In this document: piece after piece, positions 26,260 to 40,911 of the stretch
Layout of the letters: each line of letters begins with the position of its first letter
How positions within the stretch are numbered: position 1 is the first letter of the stretch
Source: Octopus bimaculoides
Lineage: Eukaryota
Direction: 5' to 3'
NCBI RefSeq assembly: GCF_001194135.2
Contig: NC_068990.1
Span: 61,881,217 to 61,944,752 of the forward strand
DNA length: 63,536 nucleotides
Program-made: the position numbers and the translations under genes
The notes under the pieces: model-generated
Told to the model about the DNA's origin: nothing
The model's database searches: none
Seen by the model: only the letters and a program-made list of their open reading frames with translations

Positions 26260-26678
26260 TAAGATGACAAGCTGGCAGAATCATAAGCACTCTGGGCAAA
26301 AATGCTTAGTGGCATTTCATCCATCTTTACATTCTGAGTTCAAATTCTACCTAGGTCGACTGTGCCTTTCATCCTTTTGGGGTTGATAAAATAAGTACCA
26401 GTAGAGCACTAAGGTTGGTGTAATCGACTTATTGCTGGCCTTGTGCCAAAATTTGAAACTAAATTATAAGTAGTGTTACGGCAGTGAGCCGGCAGCATCA
26501 TTAACATGCTGAGCAAAATGCTTAATAGCATTTTTACATTCCCAGTTCAAATTCTGCCAAGGTTGATGTTGCCTTTCATCCTTTTGAGGTTGATAAAATA
26601 AGTAGCAGTTAGCTGGGTTACCAGTGTAGCTGACTTACCCCACCACCCTGAAATTGCTGGCCGGGTGCCAAAATCTTT
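26260..26678 (+). mobile_element. Two tandem SINE family B copies
   Basis: 26260-26462 and 26478-26678. Confidence 0.85.
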
Positions 26679-27186
26679 AACCAATTTATATGGAAAATTG
26701 CACATTTGTGCATAACTACAAGATAAAATATGAAAAATGAATATTATTTTGTGTGATAATTGCTTACTAAGGCCTTCTTTTAAAACAAATCTTATATTTT
26801 GAATATGAAGGAATTTTAAATTGCATTTCCCCCAAAAAAAAAAATCATACATGTTCTCTACTAAGCTAAGATTTGGGGGATCAGAGAATTTGGAATAAAA
26901 TTCACATCTAAAACTGAAAATCTAACATTAAGTGCTGAGTAAGAAAGTTATAATTCTACTTTATAGTGGACATGCAGATTGCTAATAACCAAATTCATAT
27001 ATATTGATTTATTTTATGTTGATAGATATTACAAGAAATTGCAAATATTAGTTAATATGAACACACACTCGCATGCATGGAAACATGTAATTACATTTAC
27101 TGACACACATGAATGTATACACATACTGAGAGTTTAAATCATCATGGACAAAGCTATACATACACAAACACACTCACAATGCTTGC

Positions 27187-27229
<43 letters not shown>

Positions 27230-27424
27230 NNNNNNNNNNNNNNNNNNNNNNNNNNNNNNNNNNNNNNNNNNNNNNNNNNNNNNNNNNNNNNNNNNNNNNN
27301 NNNNNNNNNNNNNNNNNNNNNNNNNNNNNNNNNNNNNNNNNNNNNNNNNNNNNNNNNNNNNNNNNNNNNNNNNNNNNNNNNNNNNNNNNNNNNNNNNNNN
27401 NNNNNNNNNNNNNNNNNNNNNNNN

Positions 27425-27474
<50 letters not shown>

Positions 27475-28847
27475 CACACACACAACCTTAATGCATACGA
27501 TTCCTATAGCTTAAGGTAAGCCACAATCAGTGTATGAGGTAAAGAGAAATCAGTGTCTTTGTGAGAAATACAATGGTGAAATTATGTTTATACTGATCAC
27601 TCCCCAGCAGAACAATTAATACAGAAGGTTACTGTTGGTCAAGACTGAACAAGTAAAATGAAATGTCAAGCCAACTATCATGTTTTTGACCTTAAAACAA
27701 AACACACATGCAGACATAAACATCACCACACACACACACATATGAATATGTGTGTCTATGTGTGCGCGCGCGCATGCGTGCATGTATGTGTGGATGTGTA
27801 CATATATATCTGTGGATACATACACACATATATACACATGTACTCTTCAAAAATGCTTCATTATTCTCACTTCAGGAGACTGGATTCTATATCTCCCAAA
27901 ACATTATCCAATAACATAAAATAAAAAATTTTAAAAATTTCTAAAAATCCAAAATAAAAAGAAATGTCTGTTTTACTAAACCACCAATAACTACTTGTGA
28001 AATTCCATTTTCAAAATAAAACACTCTGGTTAGGTATTAGAAATAAAGAGAAGGGGAAAAAAAAACCCAAAACAGACACATACACACACACAAAAAAAAC
28101 AAACAAACAAACATATGTTGATAAGAGATTCCTAAACACTAATTAAATATCTAATATAAATATGATTTAATAAACCGGAAGATGTTGAAAAAAATGAAAC
28201 ATTTATAGAATTAAATTCATAAATAAAATATAAAGCACACATCAACTTAATTTATAGGTTAAAGTTTAACCCTTTAGTCCTACATATATGTCTACCAATA
28301 TTCAAAGATCATATTTTCATTGAATAAAACTCAGAAATTCCATAGTGAAACAACTGTGCATAANNNNNNNNNNNNNNNNNNNNNNNNNNNNNNNNNNNNN
28401 NNNNNNNNNNNNNNNNNNNNNNNNNNNNNNNNNNNNNNNNNNNNNNNNNNNNNNNNNNNNNNNNNNNNNNNNNNNNNNNNNNNNNNNNNNNNNNNNNNNN
28501 NNNNNNNNNNNNNNNNNNNNNNNNNNNNNNNNNNNNNNNNNNNNNNNNNNNNNNNNNNNNNNNNNNNNNNNNNNNNNNNNNNNNNNNNNNNNNNNNNNNN
28601 NNNNNNNNNNNNNNNNNNNNNNNNNNNNNNNNNNNNNNNNNNNNNNNNNNNNNNNNNNNNNNATATATATATATAATATTATTTAAAACAGTTTGATTTG
28701 TCTCAAGGAACACAGGAAGTTCAAAATGGCTACTGGGAGATGGGCTGCTATTAGTCAAGGTGGGCCACATGATGTTGTTAGAAGTGAAATCAGTATTTCA
28801 GGGACATCAGATGCATTAGAAAGGAGAATTTCATTTGTCCACTTATG

Positions 28848-28896
<49 letters not shown>

Positions 28897-29499
28897 ATAT
28901 ACATACATTAGAAAGGAGAATATTTTCCACTGGATAGCTGGACAGGAAGCTGGTGGCATCTCGGTGTCTCTCTCTATAGATATGTGTATGTGTGTATGTA
29001 TTTTTTTTTTTGCTGTGTTTTGTATGTGATTAGAGAGAAATTCTTCCTTAAAAAGGGTTGAGGGCATTCATGTTGTGTTAATTTAATAAATATATATATA
29101 AATACATCCGTCCTTGAACTCTAACCAATTTTCACACTTGTTGCCAATTTCCCCTTCTCCTGTTTCCTCCACTGCTTGCTCCTACATACACTCTTGCAAA
29201 CCCTACCACCGCCACCACCACTACACTCCTGGATCTTCTGTCCGCATCCACCTCAACTCACCTCAAACTTTGAAGCATGGGAGGCATATGGACACCTTGC
29301 CACAACAATTTATCTCTTTCAAACTCCTACTGATTGGTCTCAGTCAAATTTCTAATAAGTATGTAACTTTGTAGCTCCTCTATAACAAAAACCTGCTCTT
29401 CTCCTCACTTTCTCTTATATTTTAACCCCTCATCAACTAACATAAAGTTGACCTTCATCCCTCGGGGTTCATAGTCTTGGGAGCTGCACCTGGCAGCCT

Positions 29500-29690
29500 C
29501 ACTAGTGTTGGTAGCAAGCAATACATGGTGTAAAGTCATTGACATTTGGAAGGGTGTCCAACCATAGAAACGATGTCTCAGCAGACACTGGAGCAATGAT
29601 GTAGTTCTTGAACCTATCGGATCCTGTCAAACTAATTCAACCCACATCAGCATGGAAACTGGACATTAAATGATGATGATGATGATGATG
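29500..29690 (+). mobile_element. SINE family D
   Basis: Homolog with (GAT)n tail. Confidence 0.7.
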
Positions 29691-30599
29691 GTATCATCAT
29701 CAGCAGTAGCATTATCATCATCATCATGGTGTATATGACCTTTTTAGCTGAGATGAAAGAGAGAGAGGGGGGGAGAGAGAGAGCTATAATTTATATGAAA
29801 AATATTTAGAATTACCAAGATCAGAGAAGTAGGCATTCTTGTAATATCAATAGAAAAGTTTGAGCAAGGATAGAACTCCAAAGAGAGATGGTGATGACAG
29901 TCAGTGTAGTCTTGACTATCAATCATTACAGGGTTCTAGAATATAGAGCATGATAGATGCATCATTTGTAAAGGGTTAACACTAGTTAAGGTTTTATGTG
30001 TTTCCTTAATCAGCAGAGGAACCCAGAAACAATTATGCTGAATTGGCAAGTAGAAATATGTTGAATGCCTTTCTGATTGGTTCCAAGACATTATTAGATG
30101 TAACCGTTGAGATGTGTATTGTTAATGGGTTGAGAGACGGAAGATAATGTTATATAAGAATGGTTTCTCTTGGTATCTAGCAGACACACAAAATATGAAG
30201 AAAAGTCAATAGATTGCATTCATTCTAACATAGCGCTTCCTGCAATATCTATAGAATCATTTTGAAACAGTGGCTTTGTAACTAACTATTGACTCAACAG
30301 AGATCAAACATGACATAGTTTTACATAAGGAAACTAGAATCTGATACACAAAGCATGGAATGTATTTCCAAAACAAATAAAGCATTAGTTATCAGAGTTA
30401 GGAACCATGAATTCATTTGAAGATTTAACGTGAAAGTAAAATGCCACAAACACATCCTTCAGAGTCAATTTAAATAATATCTTTGGCTTAATTTTGTCTT
30501 CTTGTTAGCAATTACTTCTACATACTAATCCATGTACAGCAATGATGTTGCCTCTATATATGAAGAATAAACAATGAATATATCAGGGAAATGATTTTT

Positions 30600-31650
30600 C
30601 ACAAACAATAATTTATTCAAGTGAGGAGAACTACAGAGGAATAAATGAAAAGTTGAACTGAAAGAAAATAACTTGGCCAAATAAATAGTAAGAGTTAGTC
30701 AACTAAGTGCAAACTGTTGTTAGAAATGCTGATGTATATTAAGCCTTTATGGAAGTGGAAAACCTTGGCTTAAGATGACTTGTATTGATATTTTAGAATA
30801 GTCATCAGTTTTTTCTTTTCTTTTTCCCTTCAGAAATCTCTCCATAATAGAGGAATGAATCAAACTCTGTCTGAAATAGAAGTAACCTTTGAGCAAAATA
30901 ACATAATGTCAGCCAAATGACTTCTAGTAGTATATAAGTTAAAAATAAAGTTAAGACATTAGTAGAAATTTTACTTCAAATGGTAGCTAAAAGTATTTGA
31001 AGAATAACAGGAAGGTTAGAATTAGAGCTAAATATAAGGAGCTAACCAAAAGTAACTTGAAGTTCCAACACTGGAATGCAATCAGAAATAATACAAAAAC
31101 ATAAATCTATTTAATAATATGTAACAAAAGAGCGTGTAGAGAATGATGATAAAAGGAGTAGGATTACTATAAGCTGTGATATGTAGTTCATAGACTAGCT
31201 GGTGATGGTTTGCTTGAAAAGAGAGTCAGAAGTGAAAGAGAGAAAGTGATTGCTATATCAATACTTATCAACAGACAAGTAGCAATATAGATATAGTAAC
31301 ATTTCTTATGGTGAATATTTATATCTGCTTTTTTTTTTCTTTTTACTTAATAATAATAAAGTGAGGAATTGCACTGAGATAAACTAGGAAGTTAAATAAT
31401 AGGACAGGTGAAAGAATGTTGATAATAGGTAAATCACTTATTGTAGGATATGAGGGTAGCATTTGGTGCATGATCAGGGCTGTTATTAACATTGCTCACT
31501 TGTAGTGAAACAGGACTCAGTTGACTTCCATTTGAATGTTCCCACCTTGGAATATTTGGGACAGACAGGTGGTGGTGCTGGTGAGAGAATGGTAATAGTA
31601 ACAGGTCAAAGGAGATAGCTGATACAAACCAAGGATGTCCTGATATTTAT
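30600..31650 (-). mobile_element. Possible very old CR1-like LINE relic
   Basis: Pyrimidine-rich minus strand with weak motif remnants (KPRFSTS; HFLSFTSDSLFKQ); no long ORF. Confidence 0.25.
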
Positions 31651-33199
31651 TTCAAAAAGAGAAAAAAAAAAGGATCAAGCTTTAACAGGTGTCTACAAGT
31701 ACTTAACCAACACAACATCTATTGAAATTATCTTTATAGAGAAGACTCTAAACTTAGAATTTCATCTAGAGAGTTATAAACATACATTTCATTCACAGTC
31801 TGTCAAAATCTATCCTTTTTTGTGTATTCTCCAAAAGTAAGTCAAAAGAAATTAAAGAATTTAATGTAGACATATCAATTTTCTATTCATTATAACTTAT
31901 CTATAATGTCATAAATTAAATAATAAAACATCTAAATTCAAAGCAGAAATAATTCAATAAATAAATGCATCGCATAAAATTTTTCCCATGTAAATTTTGT
32001 ACAGCAAGTTGTCACTTCTCTGATTAAGTTAGATGTCATTGCATGTCAACTTCCATCAAACCTTTCATAATAAAACAAATTTAATGAACAATGTGACAAA
32101 TAAATTCAATTTGATTGGTCAAATAAACTTTTGACTTTTATTAATTAATGTCTCAGCTGTATATTTTGAATTCAACATCAAGACTTATCAGAATTAGAAT
32201 TTTTCAGTTACAGTTTAAAGCATAAAATTTCCATAAGTAACTTTTTGGTTTATTTCATGTGTTGTTCATCATAAACATTTCTAAATTGATTCCTCCATCT
32301 TGAAATAAGCTGGTCTTTAATTCTGGGTAACAACATATGAATTGTCAGAACACAATAATTCACACCTTGATGTCTAGTCTAATAGTAAACGATTACCCAT
32401 AACATCAGAGTTTTTTCACTCTATTTCTACAAGAATAACATGTAGAATATTCTAGCAAAGAGTTTGCAGAAGGGAACTAATTATTGGACATAATTAAAAG
32501 TTTGAATTTGAAATTTAAGGAATAAAGAAGAAGATGCATAGATTTTTTTTCTTTTTACTCACTTATTACAAAAGTCCAGTCTAATTGTGTGTAACATCGT
32601 TTCATTCTTTTTAGAACTTCCCAACATGAATAAAGATGAGGTATATAAATTAAACATTTTATGAATTGAGGCATTTCTTATCATAAAAGCCTAAACTGGT
32701 TGCTACAGGATTTGAACTTTTGATGTACAGAATTACCCATGATGAGCCAATATATATATATATACAATAAAATTTCATTTTTCTACCGTCAATCATTTTA
32801 GGATTCATTATGTAAGGATGAAAGCTTTCAATAGATACATGAACGATCATGCCCTAAGAAAACTAAACAGTTTTTTAGTGTTCAAAGCAAGTATCATGTA
32901 TTCTTCCAACATACATCTTATTGTGGAGTCACAGCAATAATCATAGAAAAGCTTATCACTTCATACACTTTATAATTCTAATCCTCAGTGTCTTAATTAG
33001 CCTCTTTTTTTGTTACCAATTCCTCAGTTTTGCCTTTCCTTACCTTTTTTTTCTGGATACTATCAAATAACTAACCTACAACATTTGTTCATTTAGTTCT
33101 TATTCATTTCCACTTCGTGTCCACAAATTTAGAAGCAAACTTTCATTTTTGTAAAAGGTAAAACAACAAATAATGCATAAGGTCAAATTTCATTTTTGT

Positions 33200-33235
<36 letters not shown>

Positions 33236-34287
33236 GAAGTTAGATATGTAATGGATTGTATCTTTGCAACCTTCATGGTTTTAGTAAAAAAAAAACTACT
33301 TTATTTTTTTGTAAGTTTCAAAATGCTGTATATAAACACAAATAAAAAAAAAAAAGAACAATGGCCTATAGATTAGCAATATATTTGTATGGAATCTAAC
33401 TATGTCTCTGCTATATTAATGGAGTTGTTTTAGTAGAACTAAACTTCTCAGAAACTAAAAGTCAGAAAATATTGCTTAGTAAAATATGAATAGGTTTCTT
33501 GCTTATTGGTTTCAGTTTTTGGAAACAAGAATATCTAATGTTCTCAGTTAGTGGGATATCTAATGAATTTACAATGTAAATTTCAAGCTAAAAAGAAGTT
33601 ATTCTCCCTTTCTTGTTGGCAAATACAAAACTGTCAGACTAGGATTTTAACTTCAAGATTGATGACTTACTTTTGACATTTCAAAAATTTATGGAAAGAA
33701 ACAAATAATGATAATAATAATAAATAGTGTATATGTCTAGAAACTATTGATAATTAATTCAATGAATACTGATTTGATAGGTAGCAAAATTTCAAGCTAT
33801 GGAATATAATGGTTGAGAGGAATTAATAAAATTCAGAGAAATTTTGAAAACAGAATTAAGTAAACCGATAAGTAGTTTGGGACACTTGATGCTTAGGTAT
33901 ATTGTCTATTTCTAATTGTATATTTTAGGGTATGTATTCTAATTCCAAATGAATATTCAGTTTGATTATAGACAAAATTGTTCACCTACAAATTCCATAT
34001 GCAGGTTATACATAAATTCCATGTGAATGCTTATACATAAACACCATATGAATGCTTATACAGGTACAACACTGACATTCTAGACACTGGAGGTCTGGAA
34101 CCACTTATAATTTGTACTAATTTACGAGAAGAATCTTCAAATTCCTGTGGCTGCCAGACTAGCTTACTGGTACCTTGCTTAGTACAACATGAGGTATTTG
34201 AATTGCATTTAATTTATTATTCTACTAGTTTCAGTCATTTGAATGCAGCCATGCTGGAGCACCAAGTAAATTTGATATTTGTTTAAT

Positions 34288-34372
34288 TTAGAATGTGACC
34301 ACCTCCAGTTCAGATAAATCTGAAGTCAAGAAAGGCTCTGGAACCAAAGGTTCTGGAAAATTGATTCTGTAC
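34288..34372 (-). CDS. Candidate terminal coding exon (YRINFPEPLVPEPFLTSDLSELEVVTF*)
   Basis: ATAATCTTTGTTACAG acceptor; phase 2 start matches the preceding candidate; TAA at 34290-34288. Confidence 0.35.
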
Positions 34373-35964
34373 CTGTAACAAAGATTATAACTTTTACATG
34401 CAGAATCATTTCAACCAACTTCTATTTAAAGGTAAAAATAGCAGTCACTCATACACCACATAATTTTGAAAATTCCCCCTTCTTATTCTAAGCAGGGCAT
34501 TAGACAAAAATGAAACATAAAAATGATGTTTACCATTAAAACGGTGTCCTTACTTTCTAAAAAAAAACATAGAAACTATTAAAAAACTGCAGAAAGTATC
34601 AAAACCACTTGCTCTCACATAAACACTTATCACAATCTTACAGCAAAAATGTATGAAAGATTGCTTTTGTGTTGTTAGTTTGCAATATCTATTATTGTTG
34701 TGTTTGTGTGTCCTTCTGTTTTTTTCTTTTACACATTTGGGAATGTATAGGATTAAGTTAAAATTGTTTAGGGCAGTTTTGTTTTTGGCTTTTGGTTGGT
34801 GTATTTTTGTTTTGTTTTGACTTGGGTTGGAAGTTGTCCTATTGAGAATCCATATGAAATAATTGGGCAGATTTTTAGGGTAATATATTTTGTTTGTCTT
34901 AGTTTGATCTATTTTAGATATCGTCTGGATATATATATATATATATATATCTTAGATTATTAGGTTATATTGAATAGATAGGGGTTTTGAAAACCTTCTG
35001 TAAGTGTTCGATTCACTAGAGACCTTTGAGTATAGTTATATAGTTTAATTGAACTAATAACACAAAACGAATCAGTAAAACTTTTTGAAACCATACACAA
35101 GCATAAAATCCTGATATAACTATGCTTCAGTTAAGTTGTAGATGGACCAAAACCATGCTGCACATTGGGTCAGTCAGTGACTGGCCTTGTAGATGAGGCG
35201 TGTCAGGGTATGTCGTTTTGTTTTCCATGCAGTCAGTTTGCATCTGTTTGGAAACTCTCTGTTGTATCCACTTTAAAGTTGTATTTGTTTAATTTGTGAT
35301 TTAACAAAAGTTATTATCAACTTAATACTCAAAATTTGGAACCTAGTATGATAACAGATGTTACAGGCATTTATACATTTGTCATACTGACATCAAGGAA
35401 AGTAACCAAACAGAGAGAAAAAAAAAAGTTCCATTTCCAAAAACTCATCTGACATTAACTAACATCACCGATTCATTCAATTCATGTTAACAGATAAAAC
35501 AAAGATAAAGAATGAAAAAAAAAACCAAAAACAAATATACAACCACAGGATGTTGCATACCTACATACATACATACATGTATGCACATGTACATACACAT
35601 ACATGTGTGCACGCACACACACACATGTATATATATATATATATATATATATCCTGGTTATCATAAAACTGGTCACCTTAGTTAATCTTTAGGGAATAAA
35701 TAGCAGTTTTGGCATAAATATTCCATTATTTGCATAAATGGACATTTTGCCAGAACATCATGGGTAAAACTGAAACTGAATTGTAATATCAGTATCTGCA
35801 TTGTTTAGTAAATATGCATTCAGTAAGAATGAGTGTTGCTTGACAAGTCAATTTATCATACATAATCAAAACTGAATGTGGCTGGGGGACACTTAGGATA
35901 TTTTTGTTTTCCACATTTTCACATGTTGAACCCATATGTAAATTATGCAAAAATACTGCTAAGG

Positions 35965-36300
35965 TCACAGGTGTGGCAGTGTGGTAAGAATCTTTGCTTT
36001 TCGACCACAAGATTCTAGGTTCAGTCCTATTGTGAGGCACCTTGGGATAAGTGTCTTCTATTATAGCCTCGGGCCAACCAAAGCCTTTACGAGTGGATCT
36101 GGGAGATGGAAACTGAAGGAAGTCTGTTTTATATATATATGTAGGTATGTGTGTGTGTGCCTTTGTATCTGTATTCATCCCTCACCACCACTGCTTGACA
36201 ACCACTGTTAATGAGCTTACATCCCAACAACTTAGCAGTTCGGCCAAAGAGACAGATAGAATAAGTACCAAGCTTTAAAAAAAAAAAAAAGTACTGTGGT
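35965..36300 (+). mobile_element. SINE family A
   Basis: Homolog, 3' end truncated. Confidence 0.8.
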
Positions 36301-36481
36301 TAATGTATGTATGTATGTATAAAAGAACACAAGTGGCCTTTAAAATTTACTACCGCTGTTTCAGTTGCATGGGACCAACCGTGGGTTAAATCTACAGTTT
36401 ATATTCTATTGGGTACCTATGTATGTGTGTGTATGTGTGTGTGCGTGTGTGTGTATGTGTGTGCGTGTATGCATGCACATG

Positions 36482-36525
<44 letters not shown>

Positions 36526-37275
36526 GATCACTTGTAGATAAGACACAGCCATACAGGAATGGAAATTTCAAATCAAAAATCCAGTGTGGGAAGAAAAATT
36601 GAGAACTTTGGTACAAAGCAGTACTGGTTGAACAAAAGAACAGAGCTATTAGTGCCTTGTATGCATAAGGCTAAGTATCTTTTATGTAAATACTAGCTTC
36701 CTTGAATTTCTTCCTGGTTCAAGAAGGTAAAAAGAAATGTTGGATTCGAAGTGTTTAATATATATATATACATATATATTAAAATACACCTGTGCGTGTA
36801 TGAATGTATATGCATGTCTACATACATGCATATGTGTATATAATATGCTTATGCACAAATGCACATAAAGTGTGCACAAACATTGGTTTTGAATACATTA
36901 CTTAAACAACAGTGCAATTTTAGAAGGGAGGTTATTAGAGTGACTTTGCTTCTATGAAGTGTAAGACTATTGGAGTATTCCTCCCGAAAGCCAAAAGTGA
37001 AAAGAAAAATATGAGCCTGGAATATCCAGTTGAGTGTGTGTCACTTGCAAGGGTTATTTACAAAAAAAAAAAGGAAAACAAATCATAAAGGTCTTTTCTT
37101 CTTAACTTTCATATAGTTCAAAATATATTCAAACAACAGATATATGAAGGGAAAACACCACCAGATCACCAGCTGAATGATCAGGAACATGTAAGTTGGA
37201 GTGCTGGAATAAAGACCCTTCAATTATCATGTTTTACATTCATATATTGAGTTCTGTATATAATAATAATAATAC

Positions 37276-37310
<35 letters not shown>

Positions 37311-37316
<6 letters not shown>

Positions 37317-37500
37317 GAGAATGTACGAAAAAAACAACAACAGACGAGGACAGGTGGTGTAAACAACAAAAGGATGTAATAGGATGACGCTCGGGAATAC
37401 GGAAAGTCTTTAACGTTTCGAGCTACGCTCTTCAACAGAATGAATACGGAGACAAGGAGAAAAACACGGAGAGAAAAATTGAATGGTGTTAGGTCAGTGA
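37311..37500 (-). mobile_element. CpG-rich short element (Penelope pLTR-like) next to (TA)n
   Basis: Unusually many intact CpGs; contains the hammerhead-like motif at 37405-37445; abuts (TA)n. Confidence 0.55.
37405..37445 (-). ncRNA. Hammerhead-like motif, variant or decayed
   Basis: Minus strand TCATT CTGTTGA A GAG CGTAG CTC GAAAC GTT AAAGA. Stem II and GAAA intact, loop-less ACGT stem III, A6>U, triplet GUU. Confidence 0.45.
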
Positions 37501-38791
37501 TCTATCATAATTACATGCACACTACATGACAGAGAAGTTAGTGATCAAAGATTTCCTGAGGAAGGGATCCTAAGCTGGCAATATTGAAATACCTGGTAAA
37601 ACTATTAACCTATTGTTATTTTTGTAAATCGTGTTGTTTTGGCTTTTTAAGAAAAATAGTTATAAACATTTACATACACACACATATATATATATTAAAG
37701 GAAAAAGTAAAACAAAACCCAAGGTAAGACGAGTGTTTTAGGTCATTTAGAATTCACCCTACTCTTTTAAATATTCAAAATAGCCTGAGATACTTATCCT
37801 GCCCTGGTTTTGTTTTCCTTTTTCCTCTAATATATACCTGCTGACTGGAAACCTACTACAGATTCCTAGCTCCAGCCTCAGCTGTGAGCTTGGAACCTAA
37901 CAGATGACCAATTACAGCACTTACACAGCATACTTATTGGTTTAGATCATCAGCGAACTAAACCCCTCATATTCTTATACGTGTGTGTAACACGTTTCTT
38001 GAAGGCATCATGACCATCATACCTAATGTACAGGTACATGAACAATATAACGAAAGAGACTGATGAAAATGAGGAAAGGAGAGGATCCACTTCAAGCCAC
38101 AAATAAAGCAAAGAACTGTTAGGTACCTTTGATATATTGGCAAATATTCATTCTGTTAGTGAATTTGTTGCCAAACAATGTCTATTATATTCCAATGATT
38201 AACTGTCATTCTTCCAAGATACTGAGGTATAAATTTCACCTTACTTGTTTCCAGACAAATCACAGTATAATATTTTACAATGGAACATTTTCAAGAACAA
38301 ACCAGAACAAGTAGTTGTTTTGCTTTTAAAATTGTTTGACACTGGTTATTACATGCTAGAATCACATGGTCAGCAGTGAATAATTAAGAAATGCGCTTGA
38401 AATTGTGGGGTAATAATCACATAAGAAGCAATGTATATAAGATTAAGGTGTTGGACTTCTAAAAAATCTTTGAATCTTTTTTGAAGTCATTGTGTTGTAC
38501 AAGTTGGCCAGTTAAAATCTGCTTGGTTAATAATGTCATTTTGTAGCTAAATGCTCAGTAAAAAGTAATTGCACCAACAATATAGCAAATATCAACACAT
38601 TAGGTAAAAAATAATAAACACAAAAAAAATAAAGAGTAGCAGATATATATTAAAGATAATAGATAGCAGGTATCATAATGTCACATAATGAGTATTAACC
38701 TTACTATATGTGGTGGGGAAGTATACAATGTTGCTCTCTCTATCTCAGGTTTATAAAACAGTATGGTACAAGGAGGAGCTGACAAACAGTT

Positions 38792-39016
38792 TTAACCCTT
38801 TGGTATTGAACCAGCCATGTTCAGCCCGGTTATACCTGTTTTATGTTTAAACCAGTCAGATTTGGTCTCTCACACCTACTCTACAATGTCATTCTAAAAA
38901 TATACAATCACACTATCGAAATCTCAAAGCCACAAGATGATGCATGATGAATTCAAAACAATGTGAATGAATAAGCATTAAGTTTGACAGAGTAATCTGA
39001 AATGCTAAATGGTTAA
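38792..39016. mobile_element. piggyBac-like MITE, family 2
   Basis: TTAA-CCCTTTGGTATT ... AATGCTAAATGG-TTAA. Confidence 0.7.
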
Positions 39017-39312
39017 AATACTTATTCTGAAAACTAATGCGCAAATGTTCTCATTTGCAAAATCCACCCAAACCATATCTATACATAAAAAAATTTCATG
39101 TGAAGCAGTTAAAACAAAAACATCTTAACTACCAACTATTTAACTTTAATAAAGAACTGATAGCTAATTTTCCAGTCATACAGATTGTGTGAGAAATATG
39201 CCCATCTGATCAGCAATAATGTTCGAAGAGTGTGAAAAACAATACTTGAGACAGTAGTTGACACAGCACTTGCTGCATATTAATTATTCAGTTATGAAGA
39301 TTTGTAAACTTT

Positions 39313-39378
<66 letters not shown>

Positions 39379-39649
39379 GCACATGCGCATAAGTATATAT
39401 ATGTAGTTCTTTCCAAATTTAGAAGAAATAATTGAAGAAATTTAATGTTAGTTTGAGAAATAGCCTCATAGAATGCCAGAAAAGTCAGATAAACAAGATA
39501 AATGATTAAAATATAATAGTTGAAAAGAGTGGAGATGTATTAATAGCAGAGATAAATGGAATTGGTCCACATTGATGTAGTGTCAGTGCTACAGGAGATT
39601 GTATGCAAACATGCAACTGAATAATATTTCAAAGCAGAACAGTAAACAC

Positions 39650-39720
39650 CTTATAGTATTTTGCCTCACATTTGATTGAGATTGACCAATGGTCAAAGCT
39701 GTAATTGTAATAACTCCAAC
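39650..39720 (-). CDS. Candidate internal exon (VGVITITALTIGQSQSNVRQNTI-R)
   Basis: TTGATTACAG acceptor, AAG|GTGTTT donor, phase 0/2; RNY-like codons with A/T-rich third positions. Confidence 0.35.
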
Positions 39721-40182
39721 CTGTAATCAACAGGTACATAATATCATCAACAGAACATGCTATACCGAGTCACGCCACGAGATTCACAATCCCAGAACTT
39801 CTTTTAATCTTTGTTCCAATGTTTAAAGCATTTATACTTGCACAAAGAACATATAACAATTGACAAGTGATGGCAGTGAAGAAAAGAGCAGAATAAATGT
39901 ACATAGAAAACAAGGAACTTAACAAGCTTCTATTCAGAAGAATATTGCAAGCTTTTATAGAACTACCCAGGAAAGCTTAAGTTAGTCTACTAGAAGCTAA
40001 GATTGTCCAATACGTAATTTGTTTTCGTAGATTTTTTTTTTTTTATCCATACAATTCCCTTCATTGAAGATGAAGGCTGTCAAATACATATACTTCTCAT
40101 AAATGTATTTCCTCAACTCTATCCACCCACAGACAATATTTTTGATATTTTATAGAAGAAAGATTAAATGAAATTTGACAAA

Positions 40183-40213
<31 letters not shown>

Positions 40214-40289
40214 GGGCCCAAAGTCATCAACAATATTTTTAACTTGAGGAAAAGCCTAAAGCAAAGCATTATCAAAAAAGAAGTAAAAC

Positions 40290-40440
40290 AAAATCCCCAT
40301 CCGTTTACAGCTGCCTGGACTGGAGCAACATGAAATGCTATTTTTATTCTTTTGTTCAAGAACGCAACACGCTGCTCGATCTAGAAAATGAACCAACGAT
40401 CTTAGCGATCATGAGTGCTACACCCTAACCACTAGACCAC
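40290..40440 (-). mobile_element. Family C-related SINE 5' fragment
   Basis: TTTACAGCTGCCTGGACTGGAGCAACATGAAATG core plus tRNA-like head. Confidence 0.6.
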
Positions 40441-40911
40441 ACAAATTTCAATATGTACTAATATAAGGCAATAAATAATCAATAGCTAGATTATATTGCA
40501 AGAGGGGAAATTAGGATGATGTAAGAGGAGGATGAATGATTACATCTGTTTACATATTTGTTCTGAAAATCATGTAAATTTAACCAAAACAATAGAGAAA
40601 ATATTTACATTTACTATAAATGAATGTAAATATAAATAAAAAAACCACCCTAGGCATACACACACACACAATAAAAAAAAGTTCAATGTTTTATTTTTAT
40701 TTGCAGAAGCTCAAAATAAAATGGTTCCTATAAGACACACAGTTATGAAACAGCTCGATATTTGTTTCAAACTTCATAAAATATAAGTTAATGGTTCTCT
40801 GTTTTAAATAAAACAAGGTAAAAACAACATATAATACCACCACATACTCCAATTACACTTTCTTGCCAAAAATACAAACTAATCTTCATTTAAGAGGATC
40901 AACTGTGTTAA

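Noticed and set aside
31499-31640. Open minus frame HPWFVSAISF... resembling a kinase end
   Set aside because: It lies in a pyrimidine-rich probable LINE relic where stops are rare, and has no other kinase motifs.
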